The position numbers were made by a program, and so were the translations under genes. DNA of 64,000 nucleotides from Planctomycetota bacterium (GTDB lineage: Bacteria; Planctomycetota; UBA1135; UBA2386): NCBI GenBank assembly GCA_965223545.1, contig OZ245006.1, positions 2,112,001-2,176,000 of the forward strand, written 5' to 3'. Each line of letters begins with the position of its first letter. Position 1 is the first letter of the stretch. The notes beneath the pieces are model-generated. The model did no database searches. It was not told the DNA's origin and was given only the letters and a program-made list of their open reading frames with translations. Positions 1-9,675 of the stretch are shown one piece after another.

Positions 1-1
1 C

Positions 2-1198
2 GGCGATTACATCGACAAGAAGAACCGCGCGCTGTTCGCCGATTCCCGCGAGGCAGACCGGCTGCTGAGCATGTTCTACCACCGCGCCGCCTACTCCAAC
101 TACGAGGACCACGAGCGCGGCAAGGCACTGCGCCTGGCATGGCGGGCGTGGCGACTCCACCCCGGCCTCAAGCAGCGGCGGACGTTGGCCAAGGCCCTGG
201 TGCCCCTCAGCCTGCACCGCGCCTACCGGCGCGGCGAGGTGCGCCGGTGGGTGCCGTTCCTCGGCTATCCGCTGCACAGTGCGCGCCGGCACCGCCCGTT
301 CTTCGTCATCGGTGTGGCCCGCTCGGGCAACACTCTGTTCCGCCGGATCCTGACATCCCACTCGGGCTTGCACATCCCGCCCGAGACGTTCGCGATGGGC
401 CAGTGCATCCGCAAATGGCAGCGCTACAGCAGCAAGCTCGCCTGGCCCGACCTGGTCCACCTGACGCTGGCCGAGTACGAGCTGCATCCCGAGTTCCACA
501 CGATGGAGACGTGGCTCGGGCCGTTGGCGGACCGGCTGACGAACTGCGATCCCAGCCTGCGCAACCTCGCCCACGTGCTCAACTCGATCTACCAGTTCCA
601 CGCCGAGGAGCACGGCGTGCGCTTCGAGCGATGGGGCGACAAGACTCCGTTCTACTCGCTCGACGACACGATGGTGGAGAACGACAAGCCGAGGCGGCTG
701 GGCCACGGCACTCCACAGACGTTGGAGCGCATCCGAAGAGTCTTCCCCGACGCGCAGTTCCTGCACATCTACCGCGACGGCTGTGACGTCGCCTACTCGT
801 TCCTGCGCGGCAACTTCGTCTCGCGCCCCACCGAGGCCGCCTGGCGCTGGACGCACACCGTCGGCCAAACCCTCAACTTCGTGCGCAAGTACCCGCAAGC
901 GTGCCACGAGCTCCGCTACGAGGACCTGGTGGCGGACTCGGAAACGACGATCCGCGGGGTCTGCGAGTTCCTCGGCGTCGAGTTCGAGCCGGCGATGCTG
1001 CACTCCGAAGGCACGGCGGCCAAGCTCGGTGACGTGCCCGAGTGGAGCTGGCATCGGCAGGTGACCAAGCCGATCAACGCCCGCAACCCGGGCAAGGGCC
1101 GCGCCTACTTCTCCGAGCATCAAAAGCGCGCACTGCAGGAGATCATGGGCGCCCAGCTCGAGGCTCTCGGCTACCGCCCCTGCACGGACACCCCGTAG
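2..1198 (+). CDS. Sulfotransferase-domain protein, 5'-truncated by the window edge (possibly fused to an upstream glycosyltransferase)
   Basis: Frame is open from nt 2; 5'-PSB motif FVIGVARSGNTL, WGDKTP, 3'-PB motif IYRDGCDVAYS, LRYEDLV. Confidence 0.85.
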   Translation, partial: GDYIDKKNRALFADSREADRLLSMFYHRAAYSNYEDHERGKALRLAWRAWRLHPGLKQRRTLAKALVPLSLHRAYRRGEVRRWVPFLGYPLHSARRHRPFFVIGVARSGNTLFRRILTSHSGLHIPPETFAMGQCIRKWQRYSSKLAWPDLVHLTLAEYELHPEFHTMETWLGPLADRLTNCDPSLRNLAHVLNSIYQFHAEEHGVRFERWGDKTPFYSLDDTMVENDKPRRLGHGTPQTLERIRRVFPDAQFLHIYRDGCDVAYSFLRGNFVSRPTEAAWRWTHTVGQTLNFVRKYPQACHELRYEDLVADSETTIRGVCEFLGVEFEPAMLHSEGTAAKLGDVPEWSWHRQVTKPINARNPGKGRAYFSEHQKRALQEIMGAQLEALGYRPCTDTP

Positions 1199-1210
1199 CC
1201 AAGGCAGCCC

Positions 1211-2347
1211 ATGCGAGTGGTCGTGGTCGGCGCGGGAGTGTTCGGCCTCAGCGGAGCCATCGCCCTGGCGGAGCGCGGCCACCAAGTGCGGGTGCTGAGC
1301 GCCGGCGCGCTCGACGACGCCGATCACGCGTCGTCCGACAGCAGTCGGGCGGCCCGCGCCGACTACGGCGATGACGCGTTCTACACCGATCTGGCGCTGC
1401 GCGCTCTGCGCGCATGGCCGCGGTGGGGATCGGTCTTCCACCGCAGTGGCTTCCTGTTCGCCACGCAGGCCGCGCTCGAGGACAGCCCGTTCGAGTGGCG
1501 CTCGTTCTGCCAGCTGCGCGGGCGCGGGGCGCCGGTGCAACGCCTGCGCGGCGAGGCGCTGTCGCGCCGCTTCCCGCTGTGGCGCGACGCCGGCTTCGCC
1601 GACGGCTACCTGAGCCAGGCCGCGGGCTGGATCGACGCCGACGCGGTGCTGGCCTCGCTGCGCGCGCGGGCGCGCGCGGCGAGGGTAGAGCTCTGTCCCC
1701 ACACCCTCATCCGCGCCATCGAGCCCGCCGCCGCGCGGATCGCGCTGCGCGGCCCGAGCACGCACCTGTCCGCGGACCACGTCGTGCTCGCCACCGGCGC
1801 GTGGACCCCGTCGCTGTGGCCCGAGCTGGCCGATCGGCTGCGGGCCACGGCGCAGCCCGTGCTCTACCTGCGGCCCGAACAGCCGGAGCGTTTCGCGGCC
1901 GCGGTGTTCCCGCCATTCGGCGCCGACCTCGCCCGCAGCGGCTGGTACGGCTTCAGCGCCACTGCCTCCGGCTTGGTCAAGATCGCCAACCACGGCCCGG
2001 GCGCGGCGCTGGGACCAGAGGACCCGCGCGACGTGCCCGCGGCCTTCGAGGCGGAAGTGCGCGCCTTTCTGGCACGAAGGCTGCCCGCGCTGCGCGATGC
2101 GCCGTGCGCCCGCGCGCGCGTCTGCTTCTACACCGACTCGTTCGACGGCGATTTCTGGATCACTCGCCACCCGGAGCACGCGCGGCTGTCGTTCGCCACC
2201 GGCGGCAGCGGCCACGGCTTCAAGTTCACCCCGCTCCTCGGCTCGATCATCGCGGACGTCGTCGAAGGCCGCGCCAACCCGGCCGCCGCCCGCTTCGCAT
2301 GGCGGCCCCCCGGCCCGTGGCGGACCGAAGAAGCCCGCCGCGACTGA
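1211..2347 (+). CDS. FAD-dependent oxidoreductase, sarcosine oxidase / fructosyl-amine oxidase-like
   Basis: VVVVGAGVFG Rossmann motif, VLATGAW, CFYTDSFDGDF, ATGGSGHGFKF. Confidence 0.88.
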   Translation: MRVVVVGAGVFGLSGAIALAERGHQVRVLSAGALDDADHASSDSSRAARADYGDDAFYTDLALRALRAWPRWGSVFHRSGFLFATQAALEDSPFEWRSFCQLRGRGAPVQRLRGEALSRRFPLWRDAGFADGYLSQAAGWIDADAVLASLRARARAARVELCPHTLIRAIEPAAARIALRGPSTHLSADHVVLATGAWTPSLWPELADRLRATAQPVLYLRPEQPERFAAAVFPPFGADLARSGWYGFSATASGLVKIANHGPGAALGPEDPRDVPAAFEAEVRAFLARRLPALRDAPCARARVCFYTDSFDGDFWITRHPEHARLSFATGGSGHGFKFTPLLGSIIADVVEGRANPAAARFAWRPPGPWRTEEARRD

Positions 2348-2372
2348 AGCGGGCGGGCCGCGCCACCGCGTC

Positions 2373-4391
2373 TCAGCGCGCGCGAGATCGGCTCGGGCCA
2401 GGCAGCGGCTGGACCTCCCCACTACCGCGCGTCGCCAGCTGCTCGGTGATGCGGCGCATCATCTCGGCGAGCTCGCTGACCTGCGCGCGCAGCTCGATGA
2501 GCTCGGGGTCGGCGCTGCGCACCGACGGCGGCATCGGGGCCGACGGCCCCGCGCTGGGGCCCGCCGGACCACTTGGACCCGTGCCGACGGGGCCCGCGCT
2601 GCCGGGACCGGACGGGCCGAGCCGCGAAGCCCCAGGTAGCGACGGACCGGCGCCACCCGGACCAGACCGCGACGGGCCAGCGGCGACCGGCGCGGTGGGC
2701 ACGGAAGGCTGCCGCGGCGCCAGCCCCGGGGGCGCAACCGCCGGAGGCACGTCCAGGGCAACTCCAGGTGCAGCACCGGGGGCTGGCGGCGAGCGGTCGT
2801 CGAACAAGGAGGCGATCAGCGGGATGCGACCCAGCCCCGGCGGCGCCGATCGGCGGGCGTGTCCGGTCTCCATTTGCCGTCGCAGCTGGCGCAACAGACC
2901 GGCGTCGGCGTCGCGATCGACGCGACGCAGCGCCTCGATGGCCGAGTCCAACGCCTCGAGCATCCGCTCGCGGTCGGCCGACGGTGCTTCGGCGGGCGCC
3001 GGGTCCTGCGCGGGCGCCGGCAATCCAGCCGGCAGGAGATCGGCCTGCCGGTGCCGGAGCACTTCGACTCGAGCGAGGAGATCCGCGGCCTCCGCGTGCC
3101 TGCCCGTGTCATGCGCTTCGCGTGCGCCCGCGAGCAACAAGTCGACGTCCCCCTGCAAGCCCGCGTGCATGCGCTCGGCGAGCGGCGGGAGCGCCAACTC
3201 CGGTGGACGTGGATCGCGCGCCGCGGCGACCGCCGCCAACAGCGCGGCCCGCTCCGCTTCGAGAGCGGCGCGCTCGTCCTGCAGCACGCGCACGGCCTCC
3301 TCGACCTCGGCCACGGCGGCAGGGTCCTGGGCCAACACCGGCAGAGCCGGCAACACCAACGCCGCCAGCGCACCCACGCCGCCGCGGGCTCGCCAAGTCA
3401 TGGTTCGATCGGTTCGTCCTCGCATGATCATCGTCAACCTGCCTTTCAAGTCGTCTGCCCGACCAACGCCACTGGCGAGGGCCGGAGTCGGGGTCTTCGC
3501 TTTCGAGAGAAACGCGACGGTCTCGACCAACGCATCGGCGTAGGCACGCCCGTCGCTCGGCAACGCCCAGAGCACCCAGGCGTCGCAGCAATGCTCTTCC
3601 GCTTCGCGGAGCCGGCGACACACCGGCCCGACCAACGGGAACCACCAGTAGCCGGCTCGCACCGCCAACTCCAACCAGCGCACGCGGTGATCGCCGCGCC
3701 GCAGGTGCGCGAGCTCGTGGGCGAGCACCGCGTGCAGCTGCGCTGTCGACATGCTGGCGCTCAGAGCGGACGGCAGCACGATCACCGGCCGCACGAAGGG
3801 CGGCGCGTAGGCCATCGGCGACGCCGCTGCGGGCAGGATGGCCACGCGCGGCGAGCGGCGCATACCGAGCGAGCGCGCCAGGCGGGCGGTGGCTTCGCGC
3901 AACGCGGCCGGCGCCGGTCGCGCGGACCGCACCGCGCGGTGCAGGGCGACGAAGCTGCCGAGGTCGCGCGCCAACACCACGGCGGCGCCGATTCCCCACA
4001 GCCAAGTGACCCACACCCACCACGGAGTGGCGGGTGCGCTCGACGGCGGTGGCCCGGTCGGTGCCGGGACCGCGGCCGCCGTCGGGTGCGCCGGCCGCTC
4101 TCCGCGCACCTCAGCGGGCGGCGAGTTGGGCACGAAAGGCATTCGCTCGATCACCGACAGCGCACCGCCCTCGGCCGGCGTCACCGTGGCCGTGGCCGGC
4201 GCAGTGGGCCATGCCGCGACCTCGACGGGCACCGGCACCAAGGGAGGCGTCGCCAACTTGACCAAGACCAACAGCCAAAGCGCATGCGTCAGCGCCGGTC
4301 GCGCACGCCAGCGGGCTGCCAACAGCGCGAGCACGGCGAGGCCGCTGGCGACCAGCGCGTTGCAGGCGAGCACCCACAGAAACGAGATCAT
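2373..4391 (-). CDS. BlaR1/M56 family metallopeptidase signal transducer with a non-PBP C-terminal region
   Basis: HALWLLVLVKLATPP, HELAH zinc motif, WWFP, EEHCCD, YADAL, LKGRL; overlaps the blaI stop. Confidence 0.92.
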   Translation of the reverse strand: MISFLWVLACNALVASGLAVLALLAARWRARPALTHALWLLVLVKLATPPLVPVPVEVAAWPTAPATATVTPAEGGALSVIERMPFVPNSPPAEVRGERPAHPTAAAVPAPTGPPPSSAPATPWWVWVTWLWGIGAAVVLARDLGSFVALHRAVRSARPAPAALREATARLARSLGMRRSPRVAILPAAASPMAYAPPFVRPVIVLPSALSASMSTAQLHAVLAHELAHLRRGDHRVRWLELAVRAGYWWFPLVGPVCRRLREAEEHCCDAWVLWALPSDGRAYADALVETVAFLSKAKTPTPALASGVGRADDLKGRLTMIMRGRTDRTMTWRARGGVGALAALVLPALPVLAQDPAAVAEVEEAVRVLQDERAALEAERAALLAAVAAARDPRPPELALPPLAERMHAGLQGDVDLLLAGAREAHDTGRHAEAADLLARVEVLRHRQADLLPAGLPAPAQDPAPAEAPSADRERMLEALDSAIEALRRVDRDADAGLLRQLRRQMETGHARRSAPPGLGRIPLIASLFDDRSPPAPGAAPGVALDVPPAVAPPGLAPRQPSVPTAPVAAGPSRSGPGGAGPSLPGASRLGPSGPGSAGPVGTGPSGPAGPSAGPSAPMPPSVRSADPELIELRAQVSELAEMMRRITEQLATRGSGEVQPLPGPSRSRAR

Positions 4392-4798
4392 GGTCGACCT
4401 CCGCGCTCGTCCTCACGTTCGCGGTCGAGCCGCTCGACCAGCGCGCGGAGATCGTCGACATCCGCGCCGGACAGGCCCGCCTGCTCGACCAGCTGACTGA
4501 TCAAGGGCGCGTAGCGGCCGCCGCACAGCTTGTCGGCGACCGTGCGCAGCTGCCGGCCGATCAGCGCGTCGCGATCGACGCTGGCCGCGAACCGCTGTGG
4601 TCGCGCATCGCGGTCGCGGCCGACGAAGCCCTTGGCCAGAAGCCGCTCGCACAGCTTCTGCACGGTGGCGTACTCGGAAGCGCCACCGCCGGGATACAGC
4701 GCGTCGCTCAAACTGCGGATCGAGGCGGGGCCGTGTTGCCACAGTAGCTCGAGGACCGCCAGCTCGGCGTCGGTCACGTCTTTGGGTGTTCTCGCCAT
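4388..4798 (-). CDS. BlaI/MecI/CopY family transcriptional repressor
   Basis: TDAELAVLELLW, YATVQKLCERLLAKGFV winged helix; directly upstream of the M56 gene. Confidence 0.93.
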   Translation of the reverse strand: MARTPKDVTDAELAVLELLWQHGPASIRSLSDALYPGGGASEYATVQKLCERLLAKGFVGRDRDARPQRFAASVDRDALIGRQLRTVADKLCGGRYAPLISQLVEQAGLSGADVDDLRALVERLDREREDERGGRP

Positions 4799-4802
4799 GA
4801 TC

Positions 4803-4875
4803 TAGACAGAATGTCTATTCGGCAGGCTAGACGTTTCGTCTTGAGGAGGCAAGTACTTCATAGACATTTCGTCTT
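4803..4875. promoter_or_regulatory. Three TAGAC-N5-GTCTW palindromes, putative BlaI operators
   Basis: TAGACagaatGTCTA 4803-4817, TAGACgtttcGTCTT 4828-4842, TAGACatttcGTCTT 4861-4875, immediately upstream of the blaI start at 4798. Confidence 0.8.
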
Positions 4876-4949
4876 TTCAGCGCGTTGCGGGATGCAGGGC
4901 CTCAGGCAAAAACTCCCCCGCGTCCGGCAGGTCTGGGCGTCAGAAGCCC

Positions 4950-5324
4950 TCAGCTGGGCGCCCAACCGGCGAGCGGCGGCCACGCCCCGGCCGCGGGACT
5001 GCCCGCATCACGCCGGCGGTCCTCCGCCAACACCGCGAGACGAAGGGCGCGCAACCGCAGATCGCGCCGCAGCGCGGCCGCGTCCCCCGGATCGGTGCAC
5101 GCGGCGAGCAGACTCCGCAGCGTCACCAGCTCCTTGCGCAGCTCCAGTTCCTCGGGGAGCCAGCCGGTGCTCTTCAGCACGAGGTAGCTCGCGCGCAGGT
5201 CATCCGGCACCGCCGACAGGTCCTCCAGCGCGAGCGGCCGACCGCGCCCCGGCAACTCGTCGAACTCGCCGCGGGCAATGGCCTCGCGGATGCGGGTCTC
5301 GGCCAGCGCGCGGAGGGCGTCCAT
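4950..5324 (-). CDS. DUF1992 domain protein
   Basis: AETRIREAIARGEFDELPGRGRPL...VLKSTGWLPEELEL signature. Confidence 0.85.
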   Translation of the reverse strand: MDALRALAETRIREAIARGEFDELPGRGRPLALEDLSAVPDDLRASYLVLKSTGWLPEELELRKELVTLRSLLAACTDPGDAAALRRDLRLRALRLAVLAEDRRRDAGSPAAGAWPPLAGWAPS

Positions 5325-5363
5325 GCCGGCATCGTCGGCCGGCAACCGCGCCCGATCAACGCC

Positions 5364-5732
5364 TCACCCACTCACCCAACGCAGCGCGAGCGCGGTCTCG
5401 ATCACTTCGGCTCCCTCGCCACAGGTGCACTGTGGAGTCTCGAGCAGCAGCACGGCGTCGGCGCCGTGCCGGCGCGCCTCGCGCAGCACGCAATCCATGG
5501 CGGACGGGCCGAAATCGCCATCGCGAGCGCGGATGTGCGCGACCTTGACGAAGGGCTTGGACACATCGGCGAGCTCGTGGAACACGGCGATCGGATGGGT
5601 CTCGGGCCGCGCCGAATGCGCGACCTCACCGAGTGCGACGGAGCGCACCGAGGCACAGGCGCCGAGTGAGAGGCAGGCCAAGAGCAGCGCGCCGCGCGGG
5701 CGCGCTGTATCGCGGAGTGGACGTTCGGACAT
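5364..5732 (-). CDS. Small putative lipoprotein
   Basis: Hydrophobic stretch ending in lipobox LSLGAC; LREARRHGADAV motif. Confidence 0.65.
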   Translation of the reverse strand: MSERPLRDTARPRGALLLACLSLGACASVRSVALGEVAHSARPETHPIAVFHELADVSKPFVKVAHIRARDGDFGPSAMDCVLREARRHGADAVLLLETPQCTCGEGAEVIETALALRWVSG

Positions 5733-5781
5733 GGCGGACGGATGGTGGTGCAAGCCGCGTTCCGCCCGCGCGATCCCACTC

Positions 5782-7008
5782 TCATCCCGCCCAGCCCAGC
5801 CAAACGCCGGTGCCGACGGCCAGGAAGAACGCCAGCGCCGCGCCCAGCGCCAGCGCGGAGGCGTGCCCGTTCGCGAACTCCGGCCCCACGAAGCGTCGCC
5901 GGTTCAGCCACAGCAGGGTCAAGGCGAGCAGCGGGAGGAACGCCGCGCCAAAGACGGCATACGCCTTTTGCATGCTGCGGAACGGAAACCACAGCCCCAC
6001 CAGCGGCAGGGTGGCGAGACCGTACAGGTAGCCGCGGTACGCCGCGCCGCGCGGGTCGACGGCCGCGCCGCCACGCCGAACCCCAAGGTAGTCGGCAAAC
6101 AAGTACGGCACCGACTGCCAGACCCCCAACAGGCTGGAGAACACGGCACCGAAGGCCCCGATCAAGAACGCCACGCGACCGACCTCTCCCAGTGGCTCGA
6201 CCAATCGATCGGCGAGTGCGACCAGCAGGGATGCTCCGCCGCCCCCCACTTCGACGGTGCTGCCGATGATCACCATCGCGACACCGAACACCGCGGTGAC
6301 GCCGTAGCCGACGCCCAGATCGATCCGGCACGCCGTCAGCCCGTCCGCGCCATCGCGCTGCTCCTCGCGCATCCAATAGCCGTAGCACAGCACGGTCAGC
6401 GTGCCGCCGACGCCGCCGATCAACGCCACCGTCCAGCTCAAGCCCTCGCCCTGAGCGTCGGGCACGGTCGGCAAGAACAAGCCGCGCATCACCGCCGGCC
6501 AATCGGGCGCGACCAGCACCGCGGTGGCGACGACGATGACGAACATCACACCGATGCACAGTCGCATCAGCCGCTCGAACACGCGATAGCCACCGAGCTC
6601 CACCAAGACCACGCCGAGCGCGCTGGCGGCGATCCCGAACCACCGTTTGCCGACCTCGACGTCGGCGAATCCGCCGAACAGCGCGTGTGCGGTGACGCCG
6701 CAAGCGCTGACCAGGGCCGAGCCGACGAACCAGCTCCACAGCAACAGATAGGGCAGGAACACCCAGCCCACCCACCGGCCCCCGTGGGTGCAGGCGCCCT
6801 CGAGCAGCGTCTGGCCCGTGGCGAGCTGGTACCGGGCCAACCCCTCGTTGAGCACGAACTTGAGCGCCGCCCCGAGCAACACGGCCCAGAGCACGGCGAC
6901 ACCGATCTGGCTGCCGGTGAACGCCGCCGTGGCCAGGTCACCGGCACCGACGCCCGTGGCAGCGACCAGCAGCCCCGGCCCGATCAGGCGCAGGCGCTGC
7001 CCCGCCAC
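5782..7008 (-). CDS. NRAMP/MntH-like divalent metal transporter
   Basis: GPGLLVAATGVGAGDL N-terminal signature, about 11 hydrophobic segments; GTG start abuts the upstream stop. Confidence 0.85.
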   Translation of the reverse strand: MAGQRLRLIGPGLLVAATGVGAGDLATAAFTGSQIGVAVLWAVLLGAALKFVLNEGLARYQLATGQTLLEGACTHGGRWVGWVFLPYLLLWSWFVGSALVSACGVTAHALFGGFADVEVGKRWFGIAASALGVVLVELGGYRVFERLMRLCIGVMFVIVVATAVLVAPDWPAVMRGLFLPTVPDAQGEGLSWTVALIGGVGGTLTVLCYGYWMREEQRDGADGLTACRIDLGVGYGVTAVFGVAMVIIGSTVEVGGGGASLLVALADRLVEPLGEVGRVAFLIGAFGAVFSSLLGVWQSVPYLFADYLGVRRGGAAVDPRGAAYRGYLYGLATLPLVGLWFPFRSMQKAYAVFGAAFLPLLALTLLWLNRRRFVGPEFANGHASALALGAALAFFLAVGTGVWLGWAG

Positions 7009-8232
7009 CTACTCGATCACTTCCACCGACTCGGCGTGCAGCTGGTAGATGTCGACGCAGTAGCCGTCTTCCATCGCCGCCTCGACCACGAACTTGCCGA
7101 CCACCTTGATCGGCTCGAACTGGTAATCGATGCGCGCGTCGCCCTGCATCACGATGCGCACGAGGCCGTTGATGTCCGGCGGTTGGCCGTAGCAGCACGA
7201 CCACAGCGACTGCACCAAGAGGAACTCCTTGATGTTCTCGACCTCGTCGATCGGCAGCATGAAACCGGTCATCATCACGTGGCTGCCATGCAGCTTTTTG
7301 ACCGATGGCGGCATGCCCAGCAGACCGTCCTCGTAGGGCCAGGACTCGAGCTCCTCGAAGGTCAGGATGCGGTCGATCCCGTCGAGCTTGCCCGCCTTGA
7401 TCAGCTCGCGCAGCCGGCGCTCGGCGGCCAACATCGCCTGCGCGCTCTGCATCGCGGCGATGTCCTCCGGGTCGGCGGAGGCCGGCACTTCGTCGACGAC
7501 CGGCGCCGACACCACCGTCTCGCCGACGGCTTTCGCAGCTGGCACCGCCGCGCTGCGCATCGCCGCGACGAGCTCGTCGAGAACGGGGCGCGGCCGCGCG
7601 CCACTGACGACGTCGGTGGCGCCGGCCGCGGGCAAACGCGCCGCGGCCCGCACCTCACCATCGACAATCCATGCCAGGTGGGCACCTTCGCGCTCCCGCG
7701 TCATGCGGTCGAACTCGGCGCGCCGCGCGGGCACCGGTGCACAGGCCAGCACGGCGCCTTCGCCATCCGTGCTGGCCTCGACCCGCACACCCGTCAGGTC
7801 GGCGGCGGTCCAGCGCGGCGCCCGGCGATCGATCGCGATCAGCTCCCACAGCGGAGCCTCTGCGCCGGTCTTCAGCTCGGCCTCGGAGAACAGGGGAACG
7901 GCGGTCACTCCGCCGGCCGCGCGACTGAACACCGGACCGCCGCGCTGCACTGCGTGCGGCAACCACTGCAGGCGCGCGTCGGCGCCGCCCTGCGCCGGCG
8001 AGAGCCGGTTGTACTCGGCGACGCGCTGCGGGTCGGCGCGCAGCCGCGTGGCATTGCCCGCGGTCTGCAGCCAAACGAGCAGCCGCTGCTTCTCGGCGCG
8101 CAGGTCGACGCCCGATGCGCCGTTGGCGGTGACGCCGATCTCGAGCGACGGCCCACCCACCGCCGGCAGGGCCTGCGCCGCCGCGGCAGCGGACAGCGCG
8201 AGGACGGACAAGAGCGTGTGCTGCATCGTCAT
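7009..8232 (-). CDS. Secreted protein: SecD P1-head-like region plus C-terminal DUF3299 domain
   Basis: Signal peptide; C-terminal GFMLP...EFLLV...SCCYGQPPDIN...IYQL typical of DUF3299. Confidence 0.75.
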   Translation of the reverse strand: MTMQHTLLSVLALSAAAAAQALPAVGGPSLEIGVTANGASGVDLRAEKQRLLVWLQTAGNATRLRADPQRVAEYNRLSPAQGGADARLQWLPHAVQRGGPVFSRAAGGVTAVPLFSEAELKTGAEAPLWELIAIDRRAPRWTAADLTGVRVEASTDGEGAVLACAPVPARRAEFDRMTREREGAHLAWIVDGEVRAAARLPAAGATDVVSGARPRPVLDELVAAMRSAAVPAAKAVGETVVSAPVVDEVPASADPEDIAAMQSAQAMLAAERRLRELIKAGKLDGIDRILTFEELESWPYEDGLLGMPPSVKKLHGSHVMMTGFMLPIDEVENIKEFLLVQSLWSCCYGQPPDINGLVRIVMQGDARIDYQFEPIKVVGKFVVEAAMEDGYCVDIYQLHAESVEVIE

Positions 8233-8298
8233 GGATCTCGTCTCACGATATTGCACGCCGGGCCGCAAGAGAAGCGCCGCCGGGCGGCGATCGCCCCT

Positions 8299-9675
8299 TC
8301 AGGAGATCGGGCCGAGATGGTCTGCCACCGGGGTCAGCGATCCCTTAATAGCGGGGAGAACTCCCGCCAGGCCGCCCAGGGCGGTGACGCCCGCGATGAG
8401 CCAAAGCTCGTCCTTCGAGAAACGCGCCCAGTCGATGGCGACGCCGGCGACGTCCTCGATCAGCCCGCCGAAGGCCCACGCCGCGCCATGGCAGGCGAGC
8501 ACCCCCAACGTGGCGCCGACCGCCGACACGAACAGGGCCTCCAGCAAAATGACCCAAATGACCTGGATGCGGCGGGCGCCGAGCGAGCGCATGATCGCGA
8601 TCTCGCGGCGCCGCTCGTTCATCGTGTTGTAGAGCGCGACCAACACAGCGGCCGCCGCCACGATCAGCACGAGCAGGGACACGACCTGCAGCACGTCCTG
8701 GGCGCTGCCGACGATCTCCATCAGCCGGGGGATCTCCTTCTGCGCGAGCGCGACCTGCGCGTCGGGCCGCGTCTGGAAGTACTGCTCCAGGTAGCGCGGG
8801 CCCATGTGGTGACGCGGTTTGACCAGGATCGCACTCAGCAACACGTCGCCGGGTTCGGCATCGACTGCGTCTTGGGCGCGGACCGCGACGTGGTCGTCCA
8901 TCGACAAGAACGTGCCCAGCGGAATGAAGATCGCCCGGTCGATCGGCGAGTTGGTCGGCGCCAGGATGCCGGAGACGACGCAGGAGTAATCGTCGTGCGT
9001 GTGGGCGCCGACCTCGTCTTGCCGGCCGTGCACCGGCACGATCTCGGCACCGAGCCCGAGCCCGAGCCACCGCGACACCTTGGAGCCGATCACCGCCCGG
9101 CGCCAGGCGACCGGGACGTGCATGTGGTGGTCGTGGCCATCGTGACTCTCGCCGGTGGCCTCGTGCTCGGCCATGTGCGCCGCGAGCTCGGCCTTGTCAC
9201 TCGCGAACAGCATCAGGTCCTCGTGCGTGAACTGCCACGGCTCGCCGGCGCTGAACTCGAGGTGCCGGTCCTTGCCCAGCTCGTAGCGCGAGAACATCTC
9301 GTCGGTCGTGCCGATGATCGGCAAGTACCGGTCGCTGTAGGTGTCGCCCCGCGCCTGCGGGATCGCGTAGTGCACGTGGTAGCGCGCAGGCAGCTTGTCC
9401 TCGTGCAGATCGATATAGGTCTGCAGCTTGACCACGCCCTGCGGTGAGCCGAGGTTCAGCGCGGTGCTGGTGACGATCTCCAGCGGCGAGCTGTCCTTCG
9501 AGCCCACGATCGCCGGAAAGCCGCCGATGCTGGCCACGTAGCCGCGCCTGAGCTCGTCCCGCAACAACCACAGCGACGCCAGCAGGCCGGTGCCCAACAA
9601 GATCGACATGCCGGTGAGCACCGACGACAACATCCGCACGCGCAGATTGCGCAGACTGACCGAGACCAGCTTCAC
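8299..9675 (-). CDS. MacB/FtsX-type ABC permease with His-rich periplasmic loop
   Basis: SLRNLRVR start, ERRREIAIMRSLGA motif, 1+3 TM pattern; GTGA overlap with the ATPase. Confidence 0.9.
   Translation of the reverse strand: MKLVSVSLRNLRVRMLSSVLTGMSILLGTGLLASLWLLRDELRRGYVASIGGFPAIVGSKDSSPLEIVTSTALNLGSPQGVVKLQTYIDLHEDKLPARYHVHYAIPQARGDTYSDRYLPIIGTTDEMFSRYELGKDRHLEFSAGEPWQFTHEDLMLFASDKAELAAHMAEHEATGESHDGHDHHMHVPVAWRRAVIGSKVSRWLGLGLGAEIVPVHGRQDEVGAHTHDDYSCVVSGILAPTNSPIDRAIFIPLGTFLSMDDHVAVRAQDAVDAEPGDVLLSAILVKPRHHMGPRYLEQYFQTRPDAQVALAQKEIPRLMEIVGSAQDVLQVVSLLVLIVAAAAVLVALYNTMNERRREIAIMRSLGARRIQVIWVILLEALFVSAVGATLGVLACHGAAWAFGGLIEDVAGVAIDWARFSKDELWLIAGVTALGGLAGVLPAIKGSLTPVADHLGPIS

Noticed and set aside
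5278..9447. 1389-aa plus-strand ORF
   Set aside because: Antisense shadow of the NRAMP/DUF3299/permease genes; no motifs; expected from high-GC codon bias
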